A stretch of 61,598 bases of DNA from a virus (Duplodnaviria; Caudoviricetes): positions 1 to 61,598 of the IMG/VR virus record IMGVR_UViG_3300042988_000221, one strand, 5' to 3'. The first letter of the stretch is position 1, and each line of letters begins with the position of its first letter. This document shows positions 27,992 to 37,498 of the stretch, piece by piece. The notes under the pieces were generated by a model, which was not told where the DNA came from, ran no database searches, and saw only the letters and a list, made by a program, of their open reading frames with translations. A program made the position numbers and the translations under genes.

Positions 27992-29521
27992 TTAGTATTT
28001 ATGTGAATTTATTGTGTTTAACTGTTCTGGTGTTAATTTCAACTTACCTGTCGTGTGGTTAAAACTTAATTTTTTATGTGCCCAAAAAGCATTCGGATCT
28101 TTTATTATCGCATCAATATGATCTGGTGTTAATTGCAATTTACCATTAAAATGTGCGTCAACTAATTTATTCTTAGCAATGGTACTTTTTGAATTATTAG
28201 CAATGGCACTAATATGATTTGCTGATAATTTAAATCTTTTATATGGGTTATTATCAGACATTAATTCAAAATCAACCAAATGTTCGTGTGCCCAAGTGCT
28301 ATTTGGATTATTTACAATGGTGTTGATATTTTCTGGAGACAAATGTAATTGACCAGTTTTATATTCAGAAATTAAATTATAGTGTGCATCATTACTATTT
28401 GGATTGTTTACAATAGTATTAATATGTTCTGGTGACAAATTAAATCTGTTAGAAATCATTGAACTATGTGCATTATTACTATTTGGATTATTAACAATAG
28501 TATTAATATTTTCTGGAGACAATTTTAGCCTTTCAAGATTATGACCAAAAATTAAAGATTTGTGTGCATCATTACTATTTGGATTATTAACTATAGTATT
28601 AATATGTTCTGGTGTTAGATGTAATTTATTAAAATTGTGACCATTTGCTAAACGTTCGTGAGATCTTGTATCATTCGGATCATTAATAATGTTTGAAATG
28701 TGTTCCTTTGATAAATAACCATTCTCCACTGCTCGAAGAATATCATCCCTTTCAATTTTGCCCGAATCTAGTTTCTTGATAAATCGTTCTTTTGTTGGTT
28801 GATCTAATGGAAATCTAGGATGTAATCCTTTAAATTCATCAACATTTTTAATTTCTGGATTATTTTTAATAAATTCATCAGCATTAATTTCTTCATCTTT
28901 ATCATCCATAAATTGCTCAGAATCAAAATGGAATTGGAATTTTTTGGTCTGACCATCATTATCTTTACCTTCAATATAATATAATGGTCCACTTTTATTA
29001 TAATGGTCAAACATATTATCTTTATCAGCAGCAGTACACCATTTTGTTCCTTTTCCATAATGACACGCAGCTTCTTTTGTTTTTAAATGATAAACTTTAA
29101 ATCCATTCTCATCATGTAATTTTTCTGCTCCAGATTTGTCTATTCTAGTTTGTTCACCAGTAGAAGCAACTTTACCTAAATGTGGCTCAACAGAATCTTC
29201 TAATTCGCCTAAACTCTTATATTGATTAATATCTTTCTTATCTAATTTAGATTTATAACGATCAAAATTAGATAATGTTTCTCGAATTCGTGGATGATCT
29301 TCCTGTCGAATTTTTCCTTTGTTATACTGTCTCAATATCCAATCAGTATGTTGCTTATTAGTAGATGGATCAGCATTCTGGCTAAAATGATCAATTACTG
29401 CATCAGAATCATGATGCTTCGCTAATGTATCATGATTGGTATTTATCCTATTTTTATATTGATTCTTTAAAAAATCAATCCTGTCTTCTAGTAAAATTAA
29501 ATATTGCTTGAAAGTTAGCAT
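27992..29521 (-). CDS. Putative head-packaged protein with GTKWCTAA domain and C-terminal helical repeats
   Basis: MLTFKQYLILLE start; YGKGTKWCTAA...GPLY...KFQFHF...QFMD; about 8 repeats. Confidence 0.7.
   Translation of the reverse strand: MLTFKQYLILLEDRIDFLKNQYKNRINTNHDTLAKHHDSDAVIDHFSQNADPSTNKQHTDWILRQYNKGKIRQEDHPRIRETLSNFDRYKSKLDKKDINQYKSLGELEDSVEPHLGKVASTGEQTRIDKSGAEKLHDENGFKVYHLKTKEAACHYGKGTKWCTAADKDNMFDHYNKSGPLYYIEGKDNDGQTKKFQFHFDSEQFMDDKDEEINADEFIKNNPEIKNVDEFKGLHPRFPLDQPTKERFIKKLDSGKIERDDILRAVENGYLSKEHISNIINDPNDTRSHERLANGHNFNKLHLTPEHINTIVNNPNSNDAHKSLIFGHNLERLKLSPENINTIVNNPNSNNAHSSMISNRFNLSPEHINTIVNNPNSNDAHYNLISEYKTGQLHLSPENINTIVNNPNSTWAHEHLVDFELMSDNNPYKRFKLSANHISAIANNSKSTIAKNKLVDAHFNGKLQLTPDHIDAIIKDPNAFWAHKKLSFNHTTGKLKLTPEQLNTINSHKY
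28000..28720 (-). repeat. Intragenic tandem repeats of about 28-38 aa (L.LSPEHINTIVNNPNS..AH..L)
   Basis: Visible in protein and in DNA (repeated gcatcattactatttggatt-like units). Confidence 0.85.
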
Positions 29522-29529
29522 TTTTAACC

Positions 29530-29549
29530 TATAAATAATAGTATTTATA
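29530..29549. promoter_or_regulatory. Inverted pair of T4 late promoter motifs
   Basis: TATAAATA-ATAG-TATTTATA; the minus copy precedes 27992..29521. Confidence 0.7.
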
Positions 29550-29555
29550 AAACAC

Positions 29556-29584
29556 TTGACACCAAGAATTTTTCATGGTACACT
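29556..29584 (+). promoter_or_regulatory. Sigma70-type promoter for the lipoprotein gene
   Basis: TTGACA-17 nt-TACACT. Confidence 0.7.
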
Positions 29585-29616
29585 ATCCCCACTGTCAAAA
29601 ATCAGAGGACTTTATC

Positions 29617-30123
29617 ATGAAAATTTTACTAACAACTCTATTACTTCTACTGTCTGCTTGCACAAATGACTACGAAATCCCAGGCTTCTCCTATCTGGAA
29701 TTCGGTATGTCTAAAGAAAAAGTGGTCAAACTCTGCGGTCAACCAGAATTTATGACTTTCAGTCTGGTTAAATCTATCGAATGTGAATTTGTCGATGACG
29801 ATGGATCAAAAATTCCTATGTCCGCTAACTTCTCTAATAATAAATTAGATAAAATAGTTATGCAAATAACCCATGGCTATGAAAATGATATCGAAGTCGC
29901 TATTAATCATCTTCATAATAACTTACTCAAAAATAATACCTTAACAACTCCAAAAACTACCATTGTTAGACCTAATGACGTAATAATTCAGTACGAAGTC
30001 TTCAATAATCAAATTATTGTCTATAGTATGTATAGTATCAATAACAATAATTATGGAGTTCTATCTCTAATATTCTGTACTCCAGAAGCTTGTAATAAAG
30101 ATATATCTTCTATTAAAGAATAA
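29617..30123 (+). CDS. Lipoprotein (start revised to MKILLTTLLLLLSAC)
   Basis: Lipobox LSAC, GAGGA RBS, LEFGMSKEKVVKLCG (BamE/BLIP-like motif). Confidence 0.75.
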   Translation: MKILLTTLLLLLSACTNDYEIPGFSYLEFGMSKEKVVKLCGQPEFMTFSLVKSIECEFVDDDGSKIPMSANFSNNKLDKIVMQITHGYENDIEVAINHLHNNLLKNNTLTTPKTTIVRPNDVIIQYEVFNNQIIVYSMYSINNNNYGVLSLIFCTPEACNKDISSIKE

Positions 30124-30125
30124 TA

Positions 30126-30968
30126 CTAATCTTTAGGTTTCTTTTTACAATTGTCAAAGTGGTAACGTTTCATATTTGGGCCTTTACCAACTAATCCACA
30201 GTGAGGGCAAGTGACAGTTTTATCATTTGCCCTTCTTGCTTTCATTTTATCACTAACTACTTTTCTAACATGTGGTAATTGTGAAACATTTGTGACACCA
30301 TAGTTCTCCATAATGGTTTCCTTGTGTAATTCTATATTGTTATACTTTTCATCACCATACCGCTCTAATTTAGTTTGTTTCAATTTTTGTTTCACTTCTT
30401 CATTTTGTAATGGGTTTTCCACACCATATTTCTCTAATACAGATTCTTTAATTTTTTGTTTTACTTCTTCATTCTGAAGCGGGGTTTCACACCCATAACG
30501 TTCTAAATTAGTTTCTTTTGTTTTTTGTAAAACATCTTCATTTTGTGCTGGGCTAGTACACCCATAACGTTCTAGATTTGTGTTTTTGACTTTTTGTTTA
30601 ATCTCATCTAAAAACATTGGATGATTTTTTGAAAATATTTTACGGGCAGTTTCGTATGTTTTGGAATTGCAATATTTGTCATCAAACATTTTTGTTAACG
30701 CACAAGCCATTTTAACTCGCAATTCCACATCCACTGTCATTTTGACCAATAACATGTGAACAATGAAATGTTCGCGGGCTGTTAAAATTGCAATGTTGCC
30801 AATATCGTTTTCTCCACCCATATTAAATGATTTTGGTAATATATGATGCTTTTCAGTATATTCGTTTAGTTTACCTCTATCTAATGCATTAGATATGATG
30901 TTGATATACCAATTAGTATATTTATTTTGATGTGAAATTTCTTGGATTAAAGAAAGATAAATATTCAT
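30126..30968 (-). CDS. HNH homing endonuclease with TNLERYG repeats
   Basis: EKHHILPK...N...LTAREHFIVH; about 5 repeats of roughly 23 aa; CPHC...HFDNC. Confidence 0.82.
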   Translation of the reverse strand: MNIYLSLIQEISHQNKYTNWYINIISNALDRGKLNEYTEKHHILPKSFNMGGENDIGNIAILTAREHFIVHMLLVKMTVDVELRVKMACALTKMFDDKYCNSKTYETARKIFSKNHPMFLDEIKQKVKNTNLERYGCTSPAQNEDVLQKTKETNLERYGCETPLQNEEVKQKIKESVLEKYGVENPLQNEEVKQKLKQTKLERYGDEKYNNIELHKETIMENYGVTNVSQLPHVRKVVSDKMKARRANDKTVTCPHCGLVGKGPNMKRYHFDNCKKKPKD

Positions 30969-31037
30969 AGCTGAACCTCTGTGTTAAATTGTTGGGTTTA
31001 GAGTCTGTGGGTTTTGCCGAACCGTGACAGACACTAA

Positions 31038-31059
31038 TATTTATACACGCTTATAAATA
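31038..31059. promoter_or_regulatory. Divergent late promoters for the HNH gene and gp48
   Basis: TATTTATA 31038-31045 and TATAAATA 31052-31059. Confidence 0.72.
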
Positions 31060-31086
31060 CTATATACCAACCTAATCGGAATTAAA

Positions 31087-32049
31087 ATGTCCCAATTACC
31101 TTCAATCCCAATTCCATCACCACTTAACCAATTATATGTGCCAGACCCACGTTATAATTATACAAATTTGAGATTCCCCGAAAATCTTGACCATATTGCC
31201 CTGAATGGGCACTATATCAACTTCTATATCAATGTCCACACAAGTAGTAAATATTATAAAGATCCAAATTATACTTATACCCCGGCTCCGGGTGCTGGTG
31301 GTGGATCATATTTTGCAATTCCAAATGCTGGAAATGGTGGAAATGTAATTGGTGGACCAGGATTAGGATTTAGTATCAGCAATAAAATGAACCAAAGGAT
31401 TAACCAAGCAATATCATTATATGTGCCAGATTCTGTTGGGTTTTCACACCAAATCCAATATGGAGTTACGAGCCTTATGGAATTTGGAAAAACATTAATG
31501 AAAGCTGCTGCCAATGAAAAAAATGCTGCGGGAACAAGATCTGCAGCACAAAATGTTATGCAAAAAATGGCTATGCGAGCTATTCAAAATGTTGGGTCCG
31601 TAGTAAATTCTGATATATTAACAGCCGCAAAAGATGTTGCTGGTGTTATGGGATATGCAATCAATCCACAATTATTAGTTCTTTTTCGTGGTATATCTTT
31701 TAGACACTTCCAGTTCGATTTTGTGTTTTCGCCAAGGAATGAAAATGAAGCCGCTTCAGTTCGAAATATTATAAAAGCATTTCGTTTTCACAGTTCTCCA
31801 GAAATCGCCACAGATTTGGGAGTCTTCTATATCGCGCCTTCGACTTTCGATATAGAGTTCCTCCACAAAAGTCATCGGAACACCAACGTAAATATGATAA
31901 AAACCTGTGTCTTGACCAACTATTCCGTCGATTATGCGCCCTATGGGTGGTCCACCCATATCGACGGAATGCCAATTCAAACGACACTTTCATTACAATT
32001 CCAAGAAACGGAAATTGTCGTAAAATCAGATATTGAACTTGGATATTAA
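31087..32049 (+). CDS. gp48: Baseplate tail tube cap gp48
   Basis: ISLYVP, INPQLLVLFRGISFRHFQFDF.FSPRN..E, VDYAP, L.FQETE. Confidence 0.88.
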   Translation: MSQLPSIPIPSPLNQLYVPDPRYNYTNLRFPENLDHIALNGHYINFYINVHTSSKYYKDPNYTYTPAPGAGGGSYFAIPNAGNGGNVIGGPGLGFSISNKMNQRINQAISLYVPDSVGFSHQIQYGVTSLMEFGKTLMKAAANEKNAAGTRSAAQNVMQKMAMRAIQNVGSVVNSDILTAAKDVAGVMGYAINPQLLVLFRGISFRHFQFDFVFSPRNENEAASVRNIIKAFRFHSSPEIATDLGVFYIAPSTFDIEFLHKSHRNTNVNMIKTCVLTNYSVDYAPYGWSTHIDGMPIQTTLSLQFQETEIVVKSDIELGY

Positions 32050-32063
32050 TTATGGGGTAAAAT

Positions 32064-33350
32064 ATGTGTGGAGAATGTAAAAAACGGGTTAAATCCCATG
32101 ATATTAATTCTATCAACAAAAAATTAGAAGAACTTGGATTAAATTATACGTGTGTTGATCGTCGTGCTGGTAAAAAAGCAAAATCAAAATTTTATTGTGA
32201 AATTCACGATTGTTATTTTGATGCAAGACCAGACAGCGTATTTAGTGGAAATTTAATATGCAAGCATTGTAAAATTGATGCTGGATTATTACACGATATT
32301 GATTCTATCAACAAAAAATTAATTGAAAATGGCATTAAATATAGATGTAAAGAATATAATGGTTATAATGAAAATTCTATATTTTCGTGTCCTGTTGATG
32401 GTCATGAAAATTTTATTGCCAAAACAAGTAATATTGTTGTTGGACATTCACATTGTTCAAAATGTAGTGGTAGAGTTTCGAAACACACTACTGAGACATT
32501 TAATGATAAATTAAGAGAAGTTGGTTTATCACATTATACTTTGGTGAGTGAAATAGAGTCGGTATTGAAAGTTGCAAAATTTTATTGTGAGGTTCATGAT
32601 CATTATTTTGATGCAAGGCCGAGTGATGTATTAACCGGTAATACCAAATGTCGTAAATGTTCTAAGAGACTTGAAAGTTATACTAAAGACAGTATAAATG
32701 AACATTTACATGAAACCGGTAGAAATTTGAAATTGCTTGGAGAATATACTAACTCAAGAACACCAACCTTATTTGGATGTGATGTGTGTGATTATGAATG
32801 GTTAGCCAAACCAAGCGGAATTTTATATGGTAAAGGTTGTCCGTGTTGTGCTGGGGTATTAAAATCTTCCAAAGAGAAAATTAACAAAAAATTGGAGGAT
32901 GAAAATAAACCTGTAAGGTTAGTTGGAGAGTTTATAAATATGAAAACTCGGGCACGTTTTAGGTGTGAGATATGTGAATATGAATGGGATACTCCACCGA
33001 ATAGTATAATGAATTGTGGTACTGGATGTCCCAAATGTGCTAAATATGGTTTTGATCCTTCTAAACCGGCATGGCTATATTATTTTGAAATAGATAATCA
33101 TGGTCAATCAGAATATGAAAATTTATATAAAATTGGTATTACCAACACCACCTTTGATAGAAGATACAATAAAACAGAATTGAAAAAAATGAAACTGTTA
33201 TTTAAAATCTATTTTGAAAATGGTGCAACAGCATATGTTGTTGAACAAAAGTTAATCAAACAATTTGCTGAATTTTGTTATAGTGGTCCTAATATATTAG
33301 GTGTTGGTAATACCGAAATTTTTGTATATGATATTTTTGGTTATAAATAG
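32064..33350 (+). CDS. Putative homing endonuclease: 5 Zn-ribbon repeats plus GIY-YIG-like C-terminus
   Basis: Paralogue of 19616..21058; GFDPSKPAWLYY...YKIGIT...GNTEIF. Confidence 0.75.
   Translation: MCGECKKRVKSHDINSINKKLEELGLNYTCVDRRAGKKAKSKFYCEIHDCYFDARPDSVFSGNLICKHCKIDAGLLHDIDSINKKLIENGIKYRCKEYNGYNENSIFSCPVDGHENFIAKTSNIVVGHSHCSKCSGRVSKHTTETFNDKLREVGLSHYTLVSEIESVLKVAKFYCEVHDHYFDARPSDVLTGNTKCRKCSKRLESYTKDSINEHLHETGRNLKLLGEYTNSRTPTLFGCDVCDYEWLAKPSGILYGKGCPCCAGVLKSSKEKINKKLEDENKPVRLVGEFINMKTRARFRCEICEYEWDTPPNSIMNCGTGCPKCAKYGFDPSKPAWLYYFEIDNHGQSEYENLYKIGITNTTFDRRYNKTELKKMKLLFKIYFENGATAYVVEQKLIKQFAEFCYSGPNILGVGNTEIFVYDIFGYK
33342..33349 (+). promoter_or_regulatory. T4-type late promoter for gp53
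   Basis: TATAAATA overlapping the endonuclease stop. Confidence 0.7.
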
Positions 33351-33379
33351 TAGATATAATCTAACAACAAAGTATTCCT

Positions 33380-34036
33380 ATGTATTTCTCAAATTTTCCC
33401 AAGATCGTTTACAACAATATTGTTTTGACTGACATTGTGACGAGGATTAAAGTTCATGATAGTTGGCTCAACAATCCAACACTCTACTATGAATACAACT
33501 TTCAAGATCATGATACTGCAGAATCTATTGCATCTAAATTATATGGTGATACATTTTTATATTGGATAGTGTTGTTATTTAACAACATATTTGATCCATT
33601 TTTTGAGTTACCGTTAAGTTACGACAATTTCAACACATATATTAATGACAAGTATTTGTCGTTAGGGGAGGCGATGGTACCAAGTAGGAATGGGATTGAG
33701 TATTCTCAAATAACCATTGATCCGATATATGGGTATCAGAAGGTTGTCAGGATGAGGGATTATTATGATGATCAAGTTGTGTTATCGGAGGAATATTTTG
33801 TAGTAGATCAGCATAGTTATGCTACATTATATGAATCTGACAATCCATTTAATACTACAGTAAATTTAGCTGATGGGTCGATAATTATATATGAGGCATA
33901 TAGGCGATGGCCACAAGTAACGATATATGAGAAGGAATTTGAGGATAATGAGGCGAAGAGAAAAATATTATTATTGCGACCCGAATTATGGCCACAAGCT
34001 AAACAAGAGTTAATAAATCTATTACATCAATATTAA
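33380..34036 (+). CDS. gp53: Baseplate wedge gp53
   Basis: YFSNFPKI, IASKLYGD..LYWIVLLFN, NEAKRKI.LLRP. Confidence 0.9.
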   Translation: MYFSNFPKIVYNNIVLTDIVTRIKVHDSWLNNPTLYYEYNFQDHDTAESIASKLYGDTFLYWIVLLFNNIFDPFFELPLSYDNFNTYINDKYLSLGEAMVPSRNGIEYSQITIDPIYGYQKVVRMRDYYDDQVVLSEEYFVVDQHSYATLYESDNPFNTTVNLADGSIIIYEAYRRWPQVTIYEKEFEDNEAKRKILLLRPELWPQAKQELINLLHQY

Positions 34037-34859
34037 AGATTTCTGTATTACCAGATTCTAATATTGGTGGGCCTTGATATTTTAGATGGGCGAAAGTTGA
34101 TAAGATTTCTTGTTCTTTATTATATGCAAGGAAACCATCTTCATAATAATGGGTGAAGATAGTTTCTATTTTATGCAATTCCATTTTATATCTTTCTTCT
34201 ACTGATCTGTTTGTTATACCAATTTTAAATAGGTTTTCTGGTATGATTCTGACATAATATAAGATTGCTGGTTTATTTGGGTTGAAACCTCCTGTATTAC
34301 AAATTGAGCAACCTTGTCCTTGTAGAACTTTATCTGGTGTTGCGATCCAATGGTGTTTACAATTATCATCATAGAATTCAGTTTTAGTTCTAGCATTTGT
34401 GTATGGGCCGGTTAATGATATTTTACGTGGTGATAATATTTCGTTGATTTCTTGTTTTCTTTTAATTTGTTGTTCTTCGGATAATTTTCTATTTAATTTT
34501 GCACAGTTTGGACAGCCACGATTTTGTTTAATCTTGTTTGGAGAAATTGGCCAAATGTGATTGCAAATTGTACATTGGCATTTTATTTTAACAGTGGCAG
34601 TGATGTATTCTTCTAATGGTAAAATTGGTATATTATTTTCATATAAATAATCAAGAAACTGTTGATGACACAATTTTAAATTTGGGGCGCAAAATGGGCA
34701 ATTAGATCCTTGTAAAACATTATCTGGTATGGCTGACCAGATATGACCACAAACATCTGTAAATTCGGTTTTTGTACCCGATGTAATGTAATCACCAACC
34801 ATTCGAACAGTTCTATTTTGTAATTTCAAGTTAAATTCTTCTTTATTAGACTTATCCAT
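33999..34859 (-). CDS. Putative homing endonuclease: 3 Zn-ribbon repeats plus GIY-YIG-like C-terminus
   Basis: GFNPNKPAILYY...FKIGIT...GNTEIF. Confidence 0.75.
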   Translation of the reverse strand: MDKSNKEEFNLKLQNRTVRMVGDYITSGTKTEFTDVCGHIWSAIPDNVLQGSNCPFCAPNLKLCHQQFLDYLYENNIPILPLEEYITATVKIKCQCTICNHIWPISPNKIKQNRGCPNCAKLNRKLSEEQQIKRKQEINEILSPRKISLTGPYTNARTKTEFYDDNCKHHWIATPDKVLQGQGCSICNTGGFNPNKPAILYYVRIIPENLFKIGITNRSVEERYKMELHKIETIFTHYYEDGFLAYNKEQEILSTFAHLKYQGPPILESGNTEIFNIDVIDLLTLV

Positions 34860-34869
34860 ATTTTAACCT

Positions 34870-34877
34870 TATAAATA
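34870..34877 (+). promoter_or_regulatory. T4-type late promoter
   Basis: TATAAATA upstream of the hub gene. Confidence 0.7.
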
Positions 34878-34906
34878 GTATTAGTACCACAATGTAATTA
34901 TACCAC

Positions 34907-36367
34907 ATGCTTAACAACGACTCAACCCTTTCTTACGAATTTCTTCAATGTATTTTAATTACTGCTGAAGGTGCCGTCGATATCAAGCCGTCGATGATCG
35001 AATTGAACTATTTCGAAGATATATTTTCGGCTGGATTTTCTGGTATGTTATTGATGAACGATTCCCTCTGTCTTCACAACGCTCTATCATTGGTAGGTGA
35101 CGAATTTTTGAGGTTCACAATAAACAAACCTGGGAATCCATACCCAATTACTCGTTATGCAAGAGTCTACAATATAGCTAAACGTCATTTAACTAATGAT
35201 GACAATGAAAACTATATTTTGAACTTTTGCGCGGAAGAATTTTTTATCAACGAAGAAAAGAAGGTTTCAAAATCTTATACTGCACCCATTCACGAAATTG
35301 TCAAAGATATTGCTTTCAATTATTTAAAAATTCCAGAAGAGGAATTTCCTGATTGGCACATCGAAAAAACTTTGGGTACCTTGCATCTGGTTATACCAAA
35401 CTTTAAACCAATGGAAGCCATAAATTGGCTCTGTACTTTGGCTATTTCTGCTGAACTGCCAAATCCGATGCAAAGTGGTGCATCTTATGTTTTTTATCAG
35501 AACAAACATGGGTTTTGGTTTCATACTATATTGGATATTTTCAATCGAACACAAAAGGAAACTAATAATGTAAGAGGATGGTCACAATATACTGGTTATG
35601 GGGGAGATGGTTCTGGGTATTGGTATGGTGTTAAAAATGCTGAAGAAGAGACGTGGAACAAGAATTATTATTCTGGGGATGCGAAGTTGGGGAAGTTAGA
35701 TCCAGCGGAGCAGATTACATCATATGAGAATTTGAATTCATACGATACGATTGAGAGTGTACAGAAGGGTATGTTTTGTAACAGGTTGATATCTGTTGAT
35801 TACATTAGGAGGACGCATCAGAATTGTGATTTTGATTATGTTAGGTATTTTAGTTATTTGAGGGAGAACATAGATGTATATAAGAATTGGAATATATTTC
35901 CGATGATGAGTAATGCGGTTGACAGGTTTGGGTTGGGGCATAATAGTTATCCAGAGGATGTGATTAAGGTACATCCGACAAATGGTATTAATCATGTTGA
36001 GATATATATTCCATATAGGTTTGCACAGTTGTCGTTGATTGGGTTTAACAGGTACAAGATGAGTATACCTGGAGATCCTAATATAAGGGTTGGGGTAGTA
36101 ATATATGTGCACATGCCACAGACGGCGAAGGATGAGGGTGGGTGGAAGTTGAAGGACAGGTTTTTATCTGGGAGATATTTAGTTACTACGGTTAGGCATA
36201 AATTGGATCAAGAAAACAATTTTGAGACAGTGATTGAGATTATGAAGGATAGTTTTACTAAGGTGAATGAGAAGAGTGGTTTAACGGCGTTTGACAATAG
36301 TAATAAGTTATTGAATGATGCGAGAAAGAAAGACAGATTTGAATTAACTAATAAGGTAGACACATAA
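34907..36367 (+). CDS. Baseplate hub protein (gp27-like)
   Basis: YFEDIF..SG, VIPN.KP..AI.WL, IPGD...VG, LSGRYLVT.VRH; between gp53 and gp5. Confidence 0.75.
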   Translation: MLNNDSTLSYEFLQCILITAEGAVDIKPSMIELNYFEDIFSAGFSGMLLMNDSLCLHNALSLVGDEFLRFTINKPGNPYPITRYARVYNIAKRHLTNDDNENYILNFCAEEFFINEEKKVSKSYTAPIHEIVKDIAFNYLKIPEEEFPDWHIEKTLGTLHLVIPNFKPMEAINWLCTLAISAELPNPMQSGASYVFYQNKHGFWFHTILDIFNRTQKETNNVRGWSQYTGYGGDGSGYWYGVKNAEEETWNKNYYSGDAKLGKLDPAEQITSYENLNSYDTIESVQKGMFCNRLISVDYIRRTHQNCDFDYVRYFSYLRENIDVYKNWNIFPMMSNAVDRFGLGHNSYPEDVIKVHPTNGINHVEIYIPYRFAQLSLIGFNRYKMSIPGDPNIRVGVVIYVHMPQTAKDEGGWKLKDRFLSGRYLVTTVRHKLDQENNFETVIEIMKDSFTKVNEKSGLTAFDNSNKLLNDARKKDRFELTNKVDT

Positions 36368-37482
36368 TGTTAAATAGAAAGAATTTTCCTGGGTTAGATG
36401 GTTTTATATGGTGGACAGGAGTTGTTGAAAATAGGATTGATCCATTAAAGCTTGGTAGAGTACAAGTAAGGGTTTATGGTTGGCATACTGAAAATAAGGC
36501 ATTGATTCCTACTGAAGAATTACATTGGGCACAGCCTATATTTCCATCAAACAACAGTAATGTAACATACACATGTAAAGAGGGTGATACTGTATTTGGA
36601 TTTTTCATGGATGGAGATTCGGCACAGTATCCATTTATATTTGGAAGGATGCCAGACATACCAATAATTAAATATCCGGCTTCCATTGGGTTTTCTGATC
36701 CTGGGAACGAAGAGATTATGAAAACTAGGCCGGTTGAAATTGAGTCTAGAAGTATGGTTGATGGACAAGGTATTGAGTTTACAAATAAAGAACCTGTTAG
36801 GTATCCTGATCCATTGGAAGAGGCAACGACATCAAGATTTGCCAGACACGAAAATTTGGCTAATACTCCATTACCATTTATTACATCTCAATTAAAGACA
36901 GTTGAATGTGTAGAAGGGGAATCATGGGATGAGATGCCACCAGATTATGATACAGAATATCCTTATAATGATTCAAAGCAATCTGAATCTGGTCATTATG
37001 TAGATGTTGATGATACTAGAAATCACGAAAGGATATGTTTGACTCATAGAACGGGAACTATGATGGAAATGGCAAATAGTGGGTCGATACATATAAAAAC
37101 GATGAAAGACAGTTATGTTGTTGTTCACGGCAAAGTATATGAAGATTATCGAGGAAGAGTTAAGAAGACTGGTGAAAAGAAGACTGGGTTGAGGAATAAA
37201 GGAAAAGTTGTAATTGAGATTAACAATGATTTAGAGATACATGTTGCTGGTAAAGTTACTATTCATAGTCAAGAAGACATGAAAATTGTTTCTGATGGAG
37301 TTTTACATTTATCTGCACAACTAGGAATGACACTTAATACATTAAAAGACATTACAATTAATGCAAACAAATTAAAAGTTAAAGCTATATTAGAATCTAA
37401 TACACCTGTGGGTAGAACCGTGCCAAACCCATTACATTTGGAAGAGAGAAAAATCCCCAAATATGGGGAAGATGGTAATTAA
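36367..37482 (+). CDS. gp5: Baseplate spike gp5 (OB fold plus beta-helix, no lysozyme domain)
   Basis: WWTGVVENRIDPLKLGRVQVR, VFGFFMDG..AQ.P, YPYN...SESGH...DDT...ERI...HRTGT. Confidence 0.92.
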   Translation: MLNRKNFPGLDGFIWWTGVVENRIDPLKLGRVQVRVYGWHTENKALIPTEELHWAQPIFPSNNSNVTYTCKEGDTVFGFFMDGDSAQYPFIFGRMPDIPIIKYPASIGFSDPGNEEIMKTRPVEIESRSMVDGQGIEFTNKEPVRYPDPLEEATTSRFARHENLANTPLPFITSQLKTVECVEGESWDEMPPDYDTEYPYNDSKQSESGHYVDVDDTRNHERICLTHRTGTMMEMANSGSIHIKTMKDSYVVVHGKVYEDYRGRVKKTGEKKTGLRNKGKVVIEINNDLEIHVAGKVTIHSQEDMKIVSDGVLHLSAQLGMTLNTLKDITINANKLKVKAILESNTPVGRTVPNPLHLEERKIPKYGEDGN

Positions 37483-37486
37483 CATT

Positions 37487-37494
37487 TATAAATA
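37487..37494 (+). promoter_or_regulatory. T4-type late promoter
   Basis: TATAAATA 4 nt before the gp25 ATG. Confidence 0.65.
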
Positions 37495-37498
37495 ATAG

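Noticed and set aside
28000-28720. Regularly spaced DNA repeats resembling a CRISPR array
   Set aside because: In-frame, degenerate at third positions, encode protein repeats; no cas genes
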